Origin: Escherichia coli
Lineage (GTDB): Bacteria; Pseudomonadota; Gammaproteobacteria; Enterobacterales; Enterobacteriaceae
Reading direction: 5' to 3' (one strand)
DNA length: 64,000 bases
Assembly: GCF_030013595.1 (NCBI RefSeq)
Contig: NZ_CP122768.1
The notes under the pieces were generated by a model. It ran no database searches and was not told the DNA's origin. It saw only the letters and a list, made by a program, of their open reading frames with translations. How positions within the stretch are numbered: position 1 is the first letter of the stretch; each line of letters starts with the position of its first letter. Below, piece by piece: positions 30,059 through 39,427 of the stretch. The translations under genes and the position numbers were made by a program.

Positions 30059-33000
30059 TTATTTAGTTGCTTTGAGTTCGGCAATTTCTTTCTGTAATGC
30101 TTCGATCTGGGCTTTATATTTGGCGTCCATTTCCTGAATAGCTTTAATAATCAAGGCATTAACAGCGGAGTTAGAAATAGTCTTAATTGCTTCTGGATTT
30201 TCTGGATCTTCGGTGGATTGAATACCTACTGCTTCCGGCAACACTTCTTCCAGATCCTGAGCAATAATACCTACTTCGCGTTTAATCACTGTGTCATCAG
30301 AAAGAGATTTAACTTTATCGTAGGTGTAGACTTTCAGGGAGTTTACTTTCTCTAATGCGCCGTCCTGTAATTCTTCCTTGTTGATTTTAAGGCGAGCATC
30401 AGAACGAATGTACACATCGTTAAAGCTACCGTTTCTGGATGCGCTTAAATCACCAGCCGCGTTAAAGTCAAACGTTGCATCGTGTACGTGCATACGCACC
30501 ATAGCATTTCCGATAGTACCGCTAGGAACATGTACACCCATTGCTGCGATATGATATTTACCTTGATGGGTTGCTTTCCATACGTTATGAGCGGAATCGG
30601 TTGATTGTTGACAGTCGACCTGAATACCAGAAGCACGATCACGCCAGCTAGTCCAACTACCACCAGCAACGCTACCACGAATAAGACCATTACCGCCACC
30701 GGATACAGTGCCCGTTTCAAGGTGAATCATCTTACCGCCGAATTTCCAGACTTCGGTTTGTTTCTCACCACGGAAGCGAATAACACCAGCGTCATCGCAA
30801 TACATCAAGCCCAACTCTAAACCGTTTGGATCTCTAAACCAGATGTGCTTATTGCCAGCGCGTTTAAACGTAATATCAGCACCAGTTGTTGTGATATTGC
30901 TAGCAACGTTTAGACTACCCGCCATAGAGAACAGAATAGGTCCAGTGCCACCCTGAGTACGTTCAGTATACCAGTGATAACTTGTAGCATCCTTACATTC
31001 AAAAACCTGTTTGCGTTGCTCGTTACCCCATGTATGGAGACTAAATTGCGAAGAAGAACCACGGTTAGCATCAAATGCAATTTCACCAGATTCTACACGT
31101 ACAAAGCCTCTAAAACGTGTTGTTATGTTACCAGTACCCATAGCACGTTCAGTGATAAAATGTGCGCCCTGACTGTCTTCAATCTGTAGGATGTTATCGC
31201 GACCGTTATTGCTATCGCCCCAATGGTTAAACCGGAAGTAATCGCGGGAATTTAATCGCCCAGCGTCGAAAGTCAAATGCCCTTTCTTAATGTAAACGTC
31301 ATTACTAAAGCGAGCGGCTTTGCTTGCACGTTCTAAGACTAATGCACCTTCGTTACCATCACCACCCAAAGTAACATTACCGCTACCAAGATGGTAAATG
31401 AACGGACGATAGCCGTTCCAACTACCAAGTTTATCATTTTCGGCAGTAGACAGAAGATATACGTTTTGACCATCATTACGCCAGAATGCACCATAATTAC
31501 CGTAGATCATGCGGTAAGCGTCGCTATTCATTGAGATGAATTGAGCGTTAGTATAAACTCGTTTTGTGTTACCGGTTGCAAGTTCGATCTGTCCGTCTAT
31601 GTGGTGACGAATAGAAGTACCACCTACATCACTATACCATTCAAAAACGTTAGTATCAGCATTACCATAACCGATCCACCCTTGACGGGTAATAGATCCA
31701 GTCCGATTATCTTGAAACGTAATATGGTTGGATTGACCAGCAGGACGCCGCAAGGTAATAACATTACTACCGCCACCCAACATCATTCGACCAGAAAGAA
31801 TATTACCTTTATGAGTCCCAGCAATAGAGCTACTAGATTCAACGGTTAGAATCTCCTGAGCATCTGTACTACCCGTGGCGAGTCGATAAGTAGAACCCTG
31901 AACCGTCTCATGCCAGATCATTTCATTATAGTTACTGCGGAATTTACGAATATATTTCCGACCAGTACCCCTATCATTACTCAAGTGAACAATATCATAA
32001 CTATTTTGTGTGTTATCGTCAAAACTCAACACACCTCGTTTGTTTTCGGTGTTGAAAAGAGTAATGATGCGCCCATCAATAACACCAACAGAAGGTTTAA
32101 TTAACGTGGCTTCCGGTGTATCGTGAACAGTCAGATTAACATAAACACTTTTACCAAATTCAACAATAACGTTATCAGTGTAACGCTGATATTTCACATA
32201 AATGTCATAGTTATCACCGGATGTATTGACGGCAAATACATCAAAATCTTTGACGGTATTTCGACGATATGCAACTACGTTAAGTCCTTTAGGTCTATCG
32301 TTACCACTACGGAGAAGAATTTCTACTACATCAACTTGGTCATATGCCGTAACGTTGTAACCATTACCACCATGAATACGGAAAAACACACTACGCCCGT
32401 TTTGTGGAATTGTTGCGGTTGCCAATTTGAAATATGCAGATACGTTTTCGCTAGAATTGGGAACAGACATAACGACGTTTTTAACAAACATCTTATCAAC
32501 TTCGGCTTTGGTGTATGCACCAATCTCGCCAGGAGTCGGCTTATCACCTTCGTGATACATCTTATAGCTAAAGTTCTTCTGTCCTTCTCTATCAAAACCA
32601 TAGGTTTCAACACGAGATCCACCAGACGCATAACGGAAAGTAAATCCGCGACCGTGAGCTTTACCGGCAGAGTGAGGAACGTTAAGAGTTAGATCCATGA
32701 GTCCATCTTGACCATTGGTACGGAAAGCACCAAAGTAGTTAAGATCTCTCGCTGTCTGGTCTTCCAAATAGTTAGCTGTTTTGGTTAACAGATACCCGCC
32801 ATGCTTAGTGTTGGTATTCTTCTTGATGTAAAGAGCATCGTTACTACCTTCAATACCATCAATTCGACGGTTAGCGGCTGCGATCGCTGAATCAGTATCA
32901 GTTTTGTTTTTGTCAACCTTTGCGTTAATAGCGGTATGGTTGCTATTCACCGTCCCTGTAAGGTTACTGATTTTAGTATCAACATCTTTCTTGTTGTCGG

Positions 33001-33520
33001 AAACGACCTTTTCAATCGCTGTTTTGTTAGCTGCAACCGTGCTAGTTAAGCTAGAAATTTTGTTATCTGCATCGGTTTTATTTGCAGTAACAGTTTTAGT
33101 CAAGTTGCTAACGTTGGTGTTAGTGGTATTAACTTTGTTGTTAATCGCGGTGTTATTGTCATTAACCGTCGTGGTTAAAGCTGCGATTTTATTGTCCGCA
33201 TCTCGTTTATTATTTGCTACAGTAGTTTCTATAGCTGATTTGTTAGATGCAACTGTCCCCGTAAGGTTATTGATCTTAGTATCAGCATCGGTTTTATTTG
33301 CCGCGATAGTCGCATCAGTAGTTTTCTTGTTATTGTCTACTTTTGTGTTTAAAGCATTATGACTTTCAGGAGAAACACTTACTTGAACTACTGCGTTATT
33401 TTTATCTTTGGTATAAATTACATGGTCTGCCATCTGAATAGCGATTTCACCGACCTGTAATTGTTCCGGCGTTGGCTTTTTACCAGCCGTCTGTGTGCGT
33501 TTAAATTGGATCGACTGCAT
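30059..33520 (-). CDS. side tail fiber with tandem repeats and C-terminal intramolecular chaperone (S74-like) domain
   Basis: 1153 aa; conserved fiber N-terminus (KPTPEQLQVGEIAI...YTKD), about five 28-29 aa repeats (ANKTDADTKINNLTGTV...), C-terminal DVYIRSDARLK ... GIIAQDLEEVLPEAV chaperone signature. Confidence 0.75.
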   Translation of the reverse strand: MQSIQFKRTQTAGKKPTPEQLQVGEIAIQMADHVIYTKDKNNAVVQVSVSPESHNALNTKVDNNKKTTDATIAANKTDADTKINNLTGTVASNKSAIETTVANNKRDADNKIAALTTTVNDNNTAINNKVNTTNTNVSNLTKTVTANKTDADNKISSLTSTVAANKTAIEKVVSDNKKDVDTKISNLTGTVNSNHTAINAKVDKNKTDTDSAIAAANRRIDGIEGSNDALYIKKNTNTKHGGYLLTKTANYLEDQTARDLNYFGAFRTNGQDGLMDLTLNVPHSAGKAHGRGFTFRYASGGSRVETYGFDREGQKNFSYKMYHEGDKPTPGEIGAYTKAEVDKMFVKNVVMSVPNSSENVSAYFKLATATIPQNGRSVFFRIHGGNGYNVTAYDQVDVVEILLRSGNDRPKGLNVVAYRRNTVKDFDVFAVNTSGDNYDIYVKYQRYTDNVIVEFGKSVYVNLTVHDTPEATLIKPSVGVIDGRIITLFNTENKRGVLSFDDNTQNSYDIVHLSNDRGTGRKYIRKFRSNYNEMIWHETVQGSTYRLATGSTDAQEILTVESSSSIAGTHKGNILSGRMMLGGGSNVITLRRPAGQSNHITFQDNRTGSITRQGWIGYGNADTNVFEWYSDVGGTSIRHHIDGQIELATGNTKRVYTNAQFISMNSDAYRMIYGNYGAFWRNDGQNVYLLSTAENDKLGSWNGYRPFIYHLGSGNVTLGGDGNEGALVLERASKAARFSNDVYIKKGHLTFDAGRLNSRDYFRFNHWGDSNNGRDNILQIEDSQGAHFITERAMGTGNITTRFRGFVRVESGEIAFDANRGSSSQFSLHTWGNEQRKQVFECKDATSYHWYTERTQGGTGPILFSMAGSLNVASNITTTGADITFKRAGNKHIWFRDPNGLELGLMYCDDAGVIRFRGEKQTEVWKFGGKMIHLETGTVSGGGNGLIRGSVAGGSWTSWRDRASGIQVDCQQSTDSAHNVWKATHQGKYHIAAMGVHVPSGTIGNAMVRMHVHDATFDFNAAGDLSASRNGSFNDVYIRSDARLKINKEELQDGALEKVNSLKVYTYDKVKSLSDDTVIKREVGIIAQDLEEVLPEAVGIQSTEDPENPEAIKTISNSAVNALIIKAIQEMDAKYKAQIEALQKEIAELKATK

Positions 33521-33597
33521 CGAATCACCTCACTATAAAACAGGAATAAGGGAGGCGTTAACCTCCCAACGTTCATGTTTTATTTAGGTACGCAATC

Positions 33598-34431
33598 TTA
33601 ATACTCACCGAAATCGATCCGGTCCGTCTTAGCCACTGCGCCAATTTCGGCTGGCGTAGGCTTCTCGTTTGTTGTATAGACTTTAATCCATTCCGATTTT
33701 CCGTTGTCCTGAATATTTCGTACCCGCAAACGTGGAGCACCGGAAGTATTACACGTTAATTGCCATGCGCCATGCTCATTAGCTTGAAGATGAATTAACG
33801 ATGTATCAGCACCATAAGGGTTAGTGCTAGCCGTTCCTTTGTAGGTTACAAAGCGGTTTCCTGTCAGAGATTCACTATCAATAGGTCCGGTGAATGGGCT
33901 AACGCCTGAGCCTACGCCAAAATCCCCTTGTCGGATGAGTTTTCCCTCGGTCGCTATACCCCTTGCTAGAATCCCGCCATCTGGTTCAAGTTTAAATTCC
34001 AGTGTTACAGCTTTGTTATCACTACCACGGGTTTTATGTGATGTGACGTAAGCATCGAATATACAAAAGTACCCTGTGTTAGCAGCACTATAGCCAGAGT
34101 TCACAACATAGAACATACGGAAGCGTAAAGGTGTTTTATCCTCTACCGCTTTCATCAACATTGCTTGATGTTCGTCATCCAGAACACGGTTTAACGTGAG
34201 TGTCGTCGGTTCCAGTCTACGATAACCAGCAAGTTTCCCCGTAGCGTCCTGATCGTACTCTTCCAGAGTTTCAATCTCTGTGGATTCTGTTAGCGTAGGG
34301 AATGCTGCGACGTTCTCAATAGAACTAAAGCTAGGATCGAAAAAGTCGACCTGATTGTCTAGCTGGTTAGAGATCGACACTTCAACATGCGATCCCGTAA
34401 AAATATCTAAGTTATCTTGTGTAATATTCAT
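33598..34431 (-). CDS. hypothetical structural protein
   Basis: 277 aa; C-terminal EKPTPAEIGAV motif echoes the fiber N-terminus. Confidence 0.4.
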   Translation of the reverse strand: MNITQDNLDIFTGSHVEVSISNQLDNQVDFFDPSFSSIENVAAFPTLTESTEIETLEEYDQDATGKLAGYRRLEPTTLTLNRVLDDEHQAMLMKAVEDKTPLRFRMFYVVNSGYSAANTGYFCIFDAYVTSHKTRGSDNKAVTLEFKLEPDGGILARGIATEGKLIRQGDFGVGSGVSPFTGPIDSESLTGNRFVTYKGTASTNPYGADTSLIHLQANEHGAWQLTCNTSGAPRLRVRNIQDNGKSEWIKVYTTNEKPTPAEIGAVAKTDRIDFGEY

Positions 34432-34440
34432 TATTACCCC

Positions 34441-34911
34441 TTAAAAACGCGCTAGATAAGAAAATTTAAGGCTAAGTGTCCCAACGATACCCCCATCACT
34501 AGAATCATCGTCATAATCGGTATTAGAAGCTACTGGAGTGATATCTGAAATTGAGAAGCCCAAATCTTTAAAACGTGGGTTATCCGGCTGAATCTGGATT
34601 ATCTGGCAAATACCCTCATGAATTTTGGTTTCATGAATCTGAGAATACAATTGCATTTCGATAACGCATTCAGCTTGCATTGCATTACCGCCACGGACCC
34701 TATTGTAAGTCTCATTCATTCCGGTGATCCAACAAACCACGTCATCACTAAAGCCTTGCTGAGTTTGTTCTACGTTTAAAGCCAGACCTAAATCTTGTTC
34801 GATAATATCCTGCAAGGCGCGTTTGATTTTCAGTCTAGGCATATTATTAACGGTAGCGAGCATGTGTACCCCCTGCCAGAGTGATAAAGCAATCAGTTGT
34901 ATTGTCACCAT
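34441..34911 (-). CDS. head-tail joining protein candidate
   Basis: 156 aa ORF in head-to-tail junction region; true start may be the internal Met. Confidence 0.35.
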   Translation of the reverse strand: MVTIQLIALSLWQGVHMLATVNNMPRLKIKRALQDIIEQDLGLALNVEQTQQGFSDDVVCWITGMNETYNRVRGGNAMQAECVIEMQLYSQIHETKIHEGICQIIQIQPDNPRFKDLGFSISDITPVASNTDYDDDSSDGGIVGTLSLKFSYLARF

Positions 34912-35137
34912 TGCGCTTAACGTATTGAACTTTGAAACGCTGATTTTCTACAGTGACAATATCACCCTGCTTTAAGTCTCCCTCACGACAAAATAGAAAT
35001 TCTGTCTCTGTCATTACCCCTGATTCGTCGGTAGTAGTAATTTCATGATAAGCACGAATTGATTTACCACCTTCCACCGAAAATACAGGAGCACTTCGGA
35101 ACATTCTTGATAATTGTGATTCTGATAATTTGAACAT
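34847..35137 (-). CDS. head-tail connector/completion protein candidate
   Basis: 96 aa with RBS GGGGG before the ATG, directly downstream of the capsid terminator. Confidence 0.4.
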   Translation of the reverse strand: MFKLSESQLSRMFRSAPVFSVEGGKSIRAYHEITTTDESGVMTETEFLFCREGDLKQGDIVTVENQRFKVQYVKRNGDNTTDCFITLAGGTHARYR

Positions 35138-35167
35138 AGTTACCCCCTTTATGGAGTATTTACATAC

Positions 35168-35196
35168 AAAAAAGCCCCACCGTTAGGCAGGGCTAA
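35168..35196 (-). terminator. rho-independent terminator (copy 2)
   Basis: minus strand AGCCCTGCC-TAAC-GGTGGGGCT followed by TTTTTT. Confidence 0.5.
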
Positions 35197-35202
35197 TTAT
35201 TA

Positions 35203-35286
35203 TTTTGCTTTCGGTGGACGTCCCACCTTTTTAGCTGTGGCTTTCGCCGTAACTACCGGAATTTCTTCCGGCAATTCTTCGTTATT
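35203..35286 (-). other. in-frame post-TGA extension ORF (28 codons) downstream of capsid gene
   Basis: NNEELPEEIPVVTAKATAKKVGRPPKAK after the TGA; shares NEELP and VVTAKATAK with the extension at 29404..29526. Confidence 0.3.
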
Positions 35287-37293
35287 TCACTCTTCGCCAA
35301 TTTTCAGAACTTTCAGAGCTTCCGGCTGTGCTACAACGTAGTCCAAATCTACAAAGATACGAGGCACTACCGCACCACGGTCACGGTATGTAGTTAGATC
35401 CATATCCAGTTCCAGACCGCCCCACTCACCGATGGTAATACCGGAGAAGTCACCCAGAACGATGTGGTCTGCCGGAATAACGCCAGAAGTAACTACTTCG
35501 TAACCAGCCAGTTTGCCGTTTTCGATGATATAACCGGAAACGCCGTTATCTTTCAGGGTAGATTCCAGTTCGGCAGCAGTTGCACCGCTCATTGCAAACT
35601 TGATCGCCTGAGCAGGAACGCCAGCGTCGGTCAGTGCTGCAATTTCTTTCAGGAAGTCTTTATAAGAGAAAGCAGCTTTCTTGGTAACGCGGCTAGCGTC
35701 TACCAGTTGCTTAACCAGACCAGCCGGACCACGAGCATTTTCTTTATCAGACAGAATCAGTTGTTCCAGTTTGATACGAACAGCTTTGTTAATGTGATCA
35801 GTGATCAGGGTAGCGATGCCCGGAACGGTTTTCAGCGACTGACGGCTGATCGGGTTGCCACCAGCAAAAGTTTTCGGAGACAGTTTCACGTTCGCAAATT
35901 CAGCTTTGCTTTCCGGTGCAGCACCGTTTTCATCAACGAAGCCGAAAGCGTCAACGCTGGAAGCGGTCATTTTTGGAATAGCGGTCGGGGAGTTCAAGCC
36001 ACTGTAAACAGTCACACCCAGACGACCCAGACACGAAGCAGGAAGCAGCATTTCGATGTAGGATTCAGTCATCAGTTTTTCGTCAGTGATAGCGGTCAGG
36101 TCGGCTTTGGTGTTACCAGCAGAAGCAGCACGCAGAGCAGCAGCCGGAACGAATACAGAGCCACCACGAGCAGCACGACCACGCTGCATAGTTGCAGTAG
36201 CAGCCATTGCGGAATATTCAGCTTCGTTAGCGCCGAGCACGTCGCCATCTACCAGGGAGCGGATTACGTTATTAAGATCGAAAGTTTTTTCCATGATTTG
36301 TTCCTTATTAATTTGTTCGTTATTACGTTGAGCATTGGTAATGTTATTTAGTGCCTTAGTGCGGAATGCTTCCGGCGTCATGTCTTTAATTGCCAATGCG
36401 CGTGCTAATTCAGAGTCATCAATATTTAGTTCGCGTGCAATTTCGCGAATTTCTAATTCGTCTTCTTCGGAACGTTCAGCCACTTCCTCGGTTTTTTCTT
36501 CTTCAACCGGAGCGGCTTCACGTTCTTCTTTTACTTCTTCTGTTTCCCGAACAGTTGAACTATCATCATCAACACTTTCAGGATGTTCAGCGTCTTTTCC
36601 GTCTTCGAGATTTTCATCTTCTTTATTCTCTTCAACTTGGCGCTCTTGAGTTTCTTCAACTTCCGGTTCTTTATTTTCTTCTACCGGAGTTTCTTCAACC
36701 TGAGCGGCTTCTTGTTCTTCTTTGATTTCTTCGATTTGTTCTTTAGTCATATCGCGTTTAGCCCCCAAATTAACTGTGATAGTATTTAGAGAGCGATTTA
36801 AACCGACCGTATCGTCTGCGGGCACCGACACCCATGAAATCTCGTGAGGAATCCATTTAGAAACAATGAGTTGCGATTTAGCGTAGTCGATGTGATATTC
36901 TTTAATGTCATAACCGACAGAAATTTTTTCCATCGTACCTTCAATGACTTTATTGCGAATATCATTAGCCAAAGTGCCATGCTTAGAGAATCTAACGGTC
37001 GCACGGCCTACGTTATCCGCATCGATTCGAGCGTTACAAACGACACCAATGTGATTATCGAAATTGTGATTGAACAGCAACGGAGCGTTATTATTCAGAC
37101 GAGACAGATCAACCGCTTCCGGTGTATGTACCAGAATTTCATCTAATACCACCATTTCTTGATTTTGCTCATCCCAAAATTGGCGCTGATAAGGCTGTGT
37201 ACTTGAGAAAGCAATTTCAAATTCGTATTGATCGTTATGCCCTTCATTAATAACTCCACCGTAACCGTTAAGATCGCGGCGAAATTTAAGCAT
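35287..37293 (-). CDS. prohead protease - scaffold - major capsid protein fusion
   Basis: 668 aa; N-terminal protease-like domain, central Glu-rich acidic linker (scaffold/delta-like), C-terminal HK97-like capsid region; directly downstream of portal. Confidence 0.65.
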   Translation of the reverse strand: MLKFRRDLNGYGGVINEGHNDQYEFEIAFSSTQPYQRQFWDEQNQEMVVLDEILVHTPEAVDLSRLNNNAPLLFNHNFDNHIGVVCNARIDADNVGRATVRFSKHGTLANDIRNKVIEGTMEKISVGYDIKEYHIDYAKSQLIVSKWIPHEISWVSVPADDTVGLNRSLNTITVNLGAKRDMTKEQIEEIKEEQEAAQVEETPVEENKEPEVEETQERQVEENKEDENLEDGKDAEHPESVDDDSSTVRETEEVKEEREAAPVEEEKTEEVAERSEEDELEIREIARELNIDDSELARALAIKDMTPEAFRTKALNNITNAQRNNEQINKEQIMEKTFDLNNVIRSLVDGDVLGANEAEYSAMAATATMQRGRAARGGSVFVPAAALRAASAGNTKADLTAITDEKLMTESYIEMLLPASCLGRLGVTVYSGLNSPTAIPKMTASSVDAFGFVDENGAAPESKAEFANVKLSPKTFAGGNPISRQSLKTVPGIATLITDHINKAVRIKLEQLILSDKENARGPAGLVKQLVDASRVTKKAAFSYKDFLKEIAALTDAGVPAQAIKFAMSGATAAELESTLKDNGVSGYIIENGKLAGYEVVTSGVIPADHIVLGDFSGITIGEWGGLELDMDLTTYRDRGAVVPRIFVDLDYVVAQPEALKVLKIGEE

Positions 37294-37338
37294 TTAATCA
37301 CCTTTAATTAATTGGGGGCATTGCGCCCCCGTTGGTTA

Positions 37339-38850
37339 TTAGGGATCGGCTGGGGAATTTTTTTCTTCACCCTCGCCATCAACGATAATATTTAGTGCGC
37401 TCTTTTCGGCTTGAATCTCTGAGAATACTTTTTCAGGATCATCACCACGTTCAAGAATAACGGCAGTACGTGATTTAAGTCCTTTATCAATTAAAGCAAT
37501 CTCGGCGCTTACGTCTTTAAATGGATCGACGGATTCAAAACGAGGACGAATAATAGTAGTGTTGTCGATAATATGCGGAATTGCAGTAATACGAATCGGA
37601 ACAATACCACGCGCGGAATAATGGCGTAGATATGCTTCGAAAATTGGCAATACCACTGTTTCAATCAATTTGTTTTGCAGTGCTTTAACTCGTGTGCGCT
37701 GGGTTAATTCACCGAAACGTGCGGCTGAGTAGTTGATCTGGCTAGTATCACCAGTCAAGCCCTGTTTAAACACGCCTAAGCCCATTGATACGCTAGTAAA
37801 CATCGCATCATTGAAGCTGTTAAAGTCATCACCGCTTTGCGTCGCCTGGATGCTCTTGATCGTTGCCCCTTCCGGCAATTCCTGAATAGTACCCGGTGCA
37901 AAATCCTGTACTACTTCCGGCGCTTGATATTGTTCATCCTCTTCACCAGTATCAAAATCGTCACCAGAATCTTTCGGACGTTCGATAAAGCCCATAGAAC
38001 TAGCCGCAATACGTTTCTGGACGATCGCAGTTTCGCGGAATGCGTCTTGATGTGCGATATCCTTAATCACTGGCAGGAAATCAGTCACACCACGCAGGGA
38101 TTCAGACGCAAGTGGTTGATAATAATGGAATACTTGCGAAGCATCGACGCGATAGTTATCACCTGTGTAAGTCTGAGTCAGTAGGTTGATTTTACGAAAC
38201 CAATATGCAACAGGGCGCATTGTTTCTACGTCATACTCGATCCCCTGATAGATAGCACGTTCTTTGCTTATTTCACGGTTTAGCGACCAGTCGCACTTAT
38301 CAGCAGACAGGATGGAAACATTTAACTCATTGTTTTCTTTGGTTAAAACGATGAAGCACTCACCACCCATAACGCGCTCACGTTCAGCCATTACCAGCAG
38401 TTCACGGAAGTTAAAGCGACCGTTACGAGAGAAGCGTTTAGCGTTCTGCGCCCACTTCCAGAAAGCATTCTCGATCTGCTTATTCAGTGCGCTATCAAGT
38501 TTGCCATTTGATTTAACGATTGACGGCTTCGGATCTAGGCCAGTACCTACCACCATATCGGTGATGTATTGCGTGTAGCGACTGCCAACGGAAGTGTTTA
38601 AGGCCAGAGTACGACCCTGATCATAAAGGCGCTCACCGTTCGATTTGAGAGCCTTATTGAAGGTTCCTGTAATGGTGTCTTGTTGAAGTGATCCATCAAT
38701 ACGATCACCAACCAGTCCTAAACTACGAGTCGCCAGAGATTTCTGGTATCTTTCTATAGATTTGTCGATGAAAATTTTTGGTTGTTGCTGGCGGTGATTA
38801 GTTTTAACTGGAGTTTCTACCGCCTTTTTGCGTCGAAAAAGATTAAACAT
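37339..38850 (-). CDS. portal protein
   Basis: 503 aa, size and position between terminase and capsid. Confidence 0.65.
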   Translation of the reverse strand: MFNLFRRKKAVETPVKTNHRQQQPKIFIDKSIERYQKSLATRSLGLVGDRIDGSLQQDTITGTFNKALKSNGERLYDQGRTLALNTSVGSRYTQYITDMVVGTGLDPKPSIVKSNGKLDSALNKQIENAFWKWAQNAKRFSRNGRFNFRELLVMAERERVMGGECFIVLTKENNELNVSILSADKCDWSLNREISKERAIYQGIEYDVETMRPVAYWFRKINLLTQTYTGDNYRVDASQVFHYYQPLASESLRGVTDFLPVIKDIAHQDAFRETAIVQKRIAASSMGFIERPKDSGDDFDTGEEDEQYQAPEVVQDFAPGTIQELPEGATIKSIQATQSGDDFNSFNDAMFTSVSMGLGVFKQGLTGDTSQINYSAARFGELTQRTRVKALQNKLIETVVLPIFEAYLRHYSARGIVPIRITAIPHIIDNTTIIRPRFESVDPFKDVSAEIALIDKGLKSRTAVILERGDDPEKVFSEIQAEKSALNIIVDGEGEEKNSPADP

Positions 38851-38860
38851 GATTTACCCC

Positions 38861-39355
38861 TTATCGCGTAAGACGTAATTTGATATTTTTAATCGGACTA
38901 ATTCCCTGTTTACGTCGTTCGGCTTGAATTAATTTAGATAACTGACGTTCATAATCAGTCTTCAATTGCTGGAGAACACCCAATGACTCATAGGCGAAAG
39001 TATTCCCTTTCACGGTCATTTGAGATAATGCGGCTTCGTCCCCAGATAGCCTGGCGAAAATAACTTGCTCGATTACAGAAATCGTTTCGCGCAGATGTTC
39101 TTTTTTGGATTGTTTGGCGAATACTGGCAAAACAGTTAATTCCTGCATTGATACCAGTTCTTCATCAAGAGTAATAACAATGGTCATCTTCCCTTCTGGA
39201 AAGTCTAACGTTTTAATCTCGTGATTTTCCGGTGCATCATCGACCTGATAGACAATGCCTTTGCTATTACCTACCTGAATTGTTACACCCTCTTCATTCG
39301 CAAGCGTGACTTTTTCGCCTTTACGAATTACTAAGGGAATTAGTTCTAAACTCAT
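38861..39355 (-). CDS. hypothetical protein between terminase and portal
   Basis: 164 aa ORF. Confidence 0.45.
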   Translation of the reverse strand: MSLELIPLVIRKGEKVTLANEEGVTIQVGNSKGIVYQVDDAPENHEIKTLDFPEGKMTIVITLDEELVSMQELTVLPVFAKQSKKEHLRETISVIEQVIFARLSGDEAALSQMTVKGNTFAYESLGVLQQLKTDYERQLSKLIQAERRKQGISPIKNIKLRLTR

Positions 39356-39427
39356 AATTACCCCTTATTTAATTGTTATTGGATTAACAATATTTAGGAG
39401 TAAGCCGCCCCGAAGGACGGCGAGTTA

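Noticed and set aside
32904-33362. 152-aa hydrophobic plus-strand ORF inside the tail fiber gene
   Set aside because: Mirror image of the fiber tandem repeats, giving repetitive LLVLV peptides; no start context.
35464-36725. Plus-strand ORFs of 295, 81, 104 and 111 aa inside the capsid fusion gene
   Set aside because: Antisense to the capsid gene; Ser/Phe-rich low-complexity translations generated by the Glu-rich sense strand.
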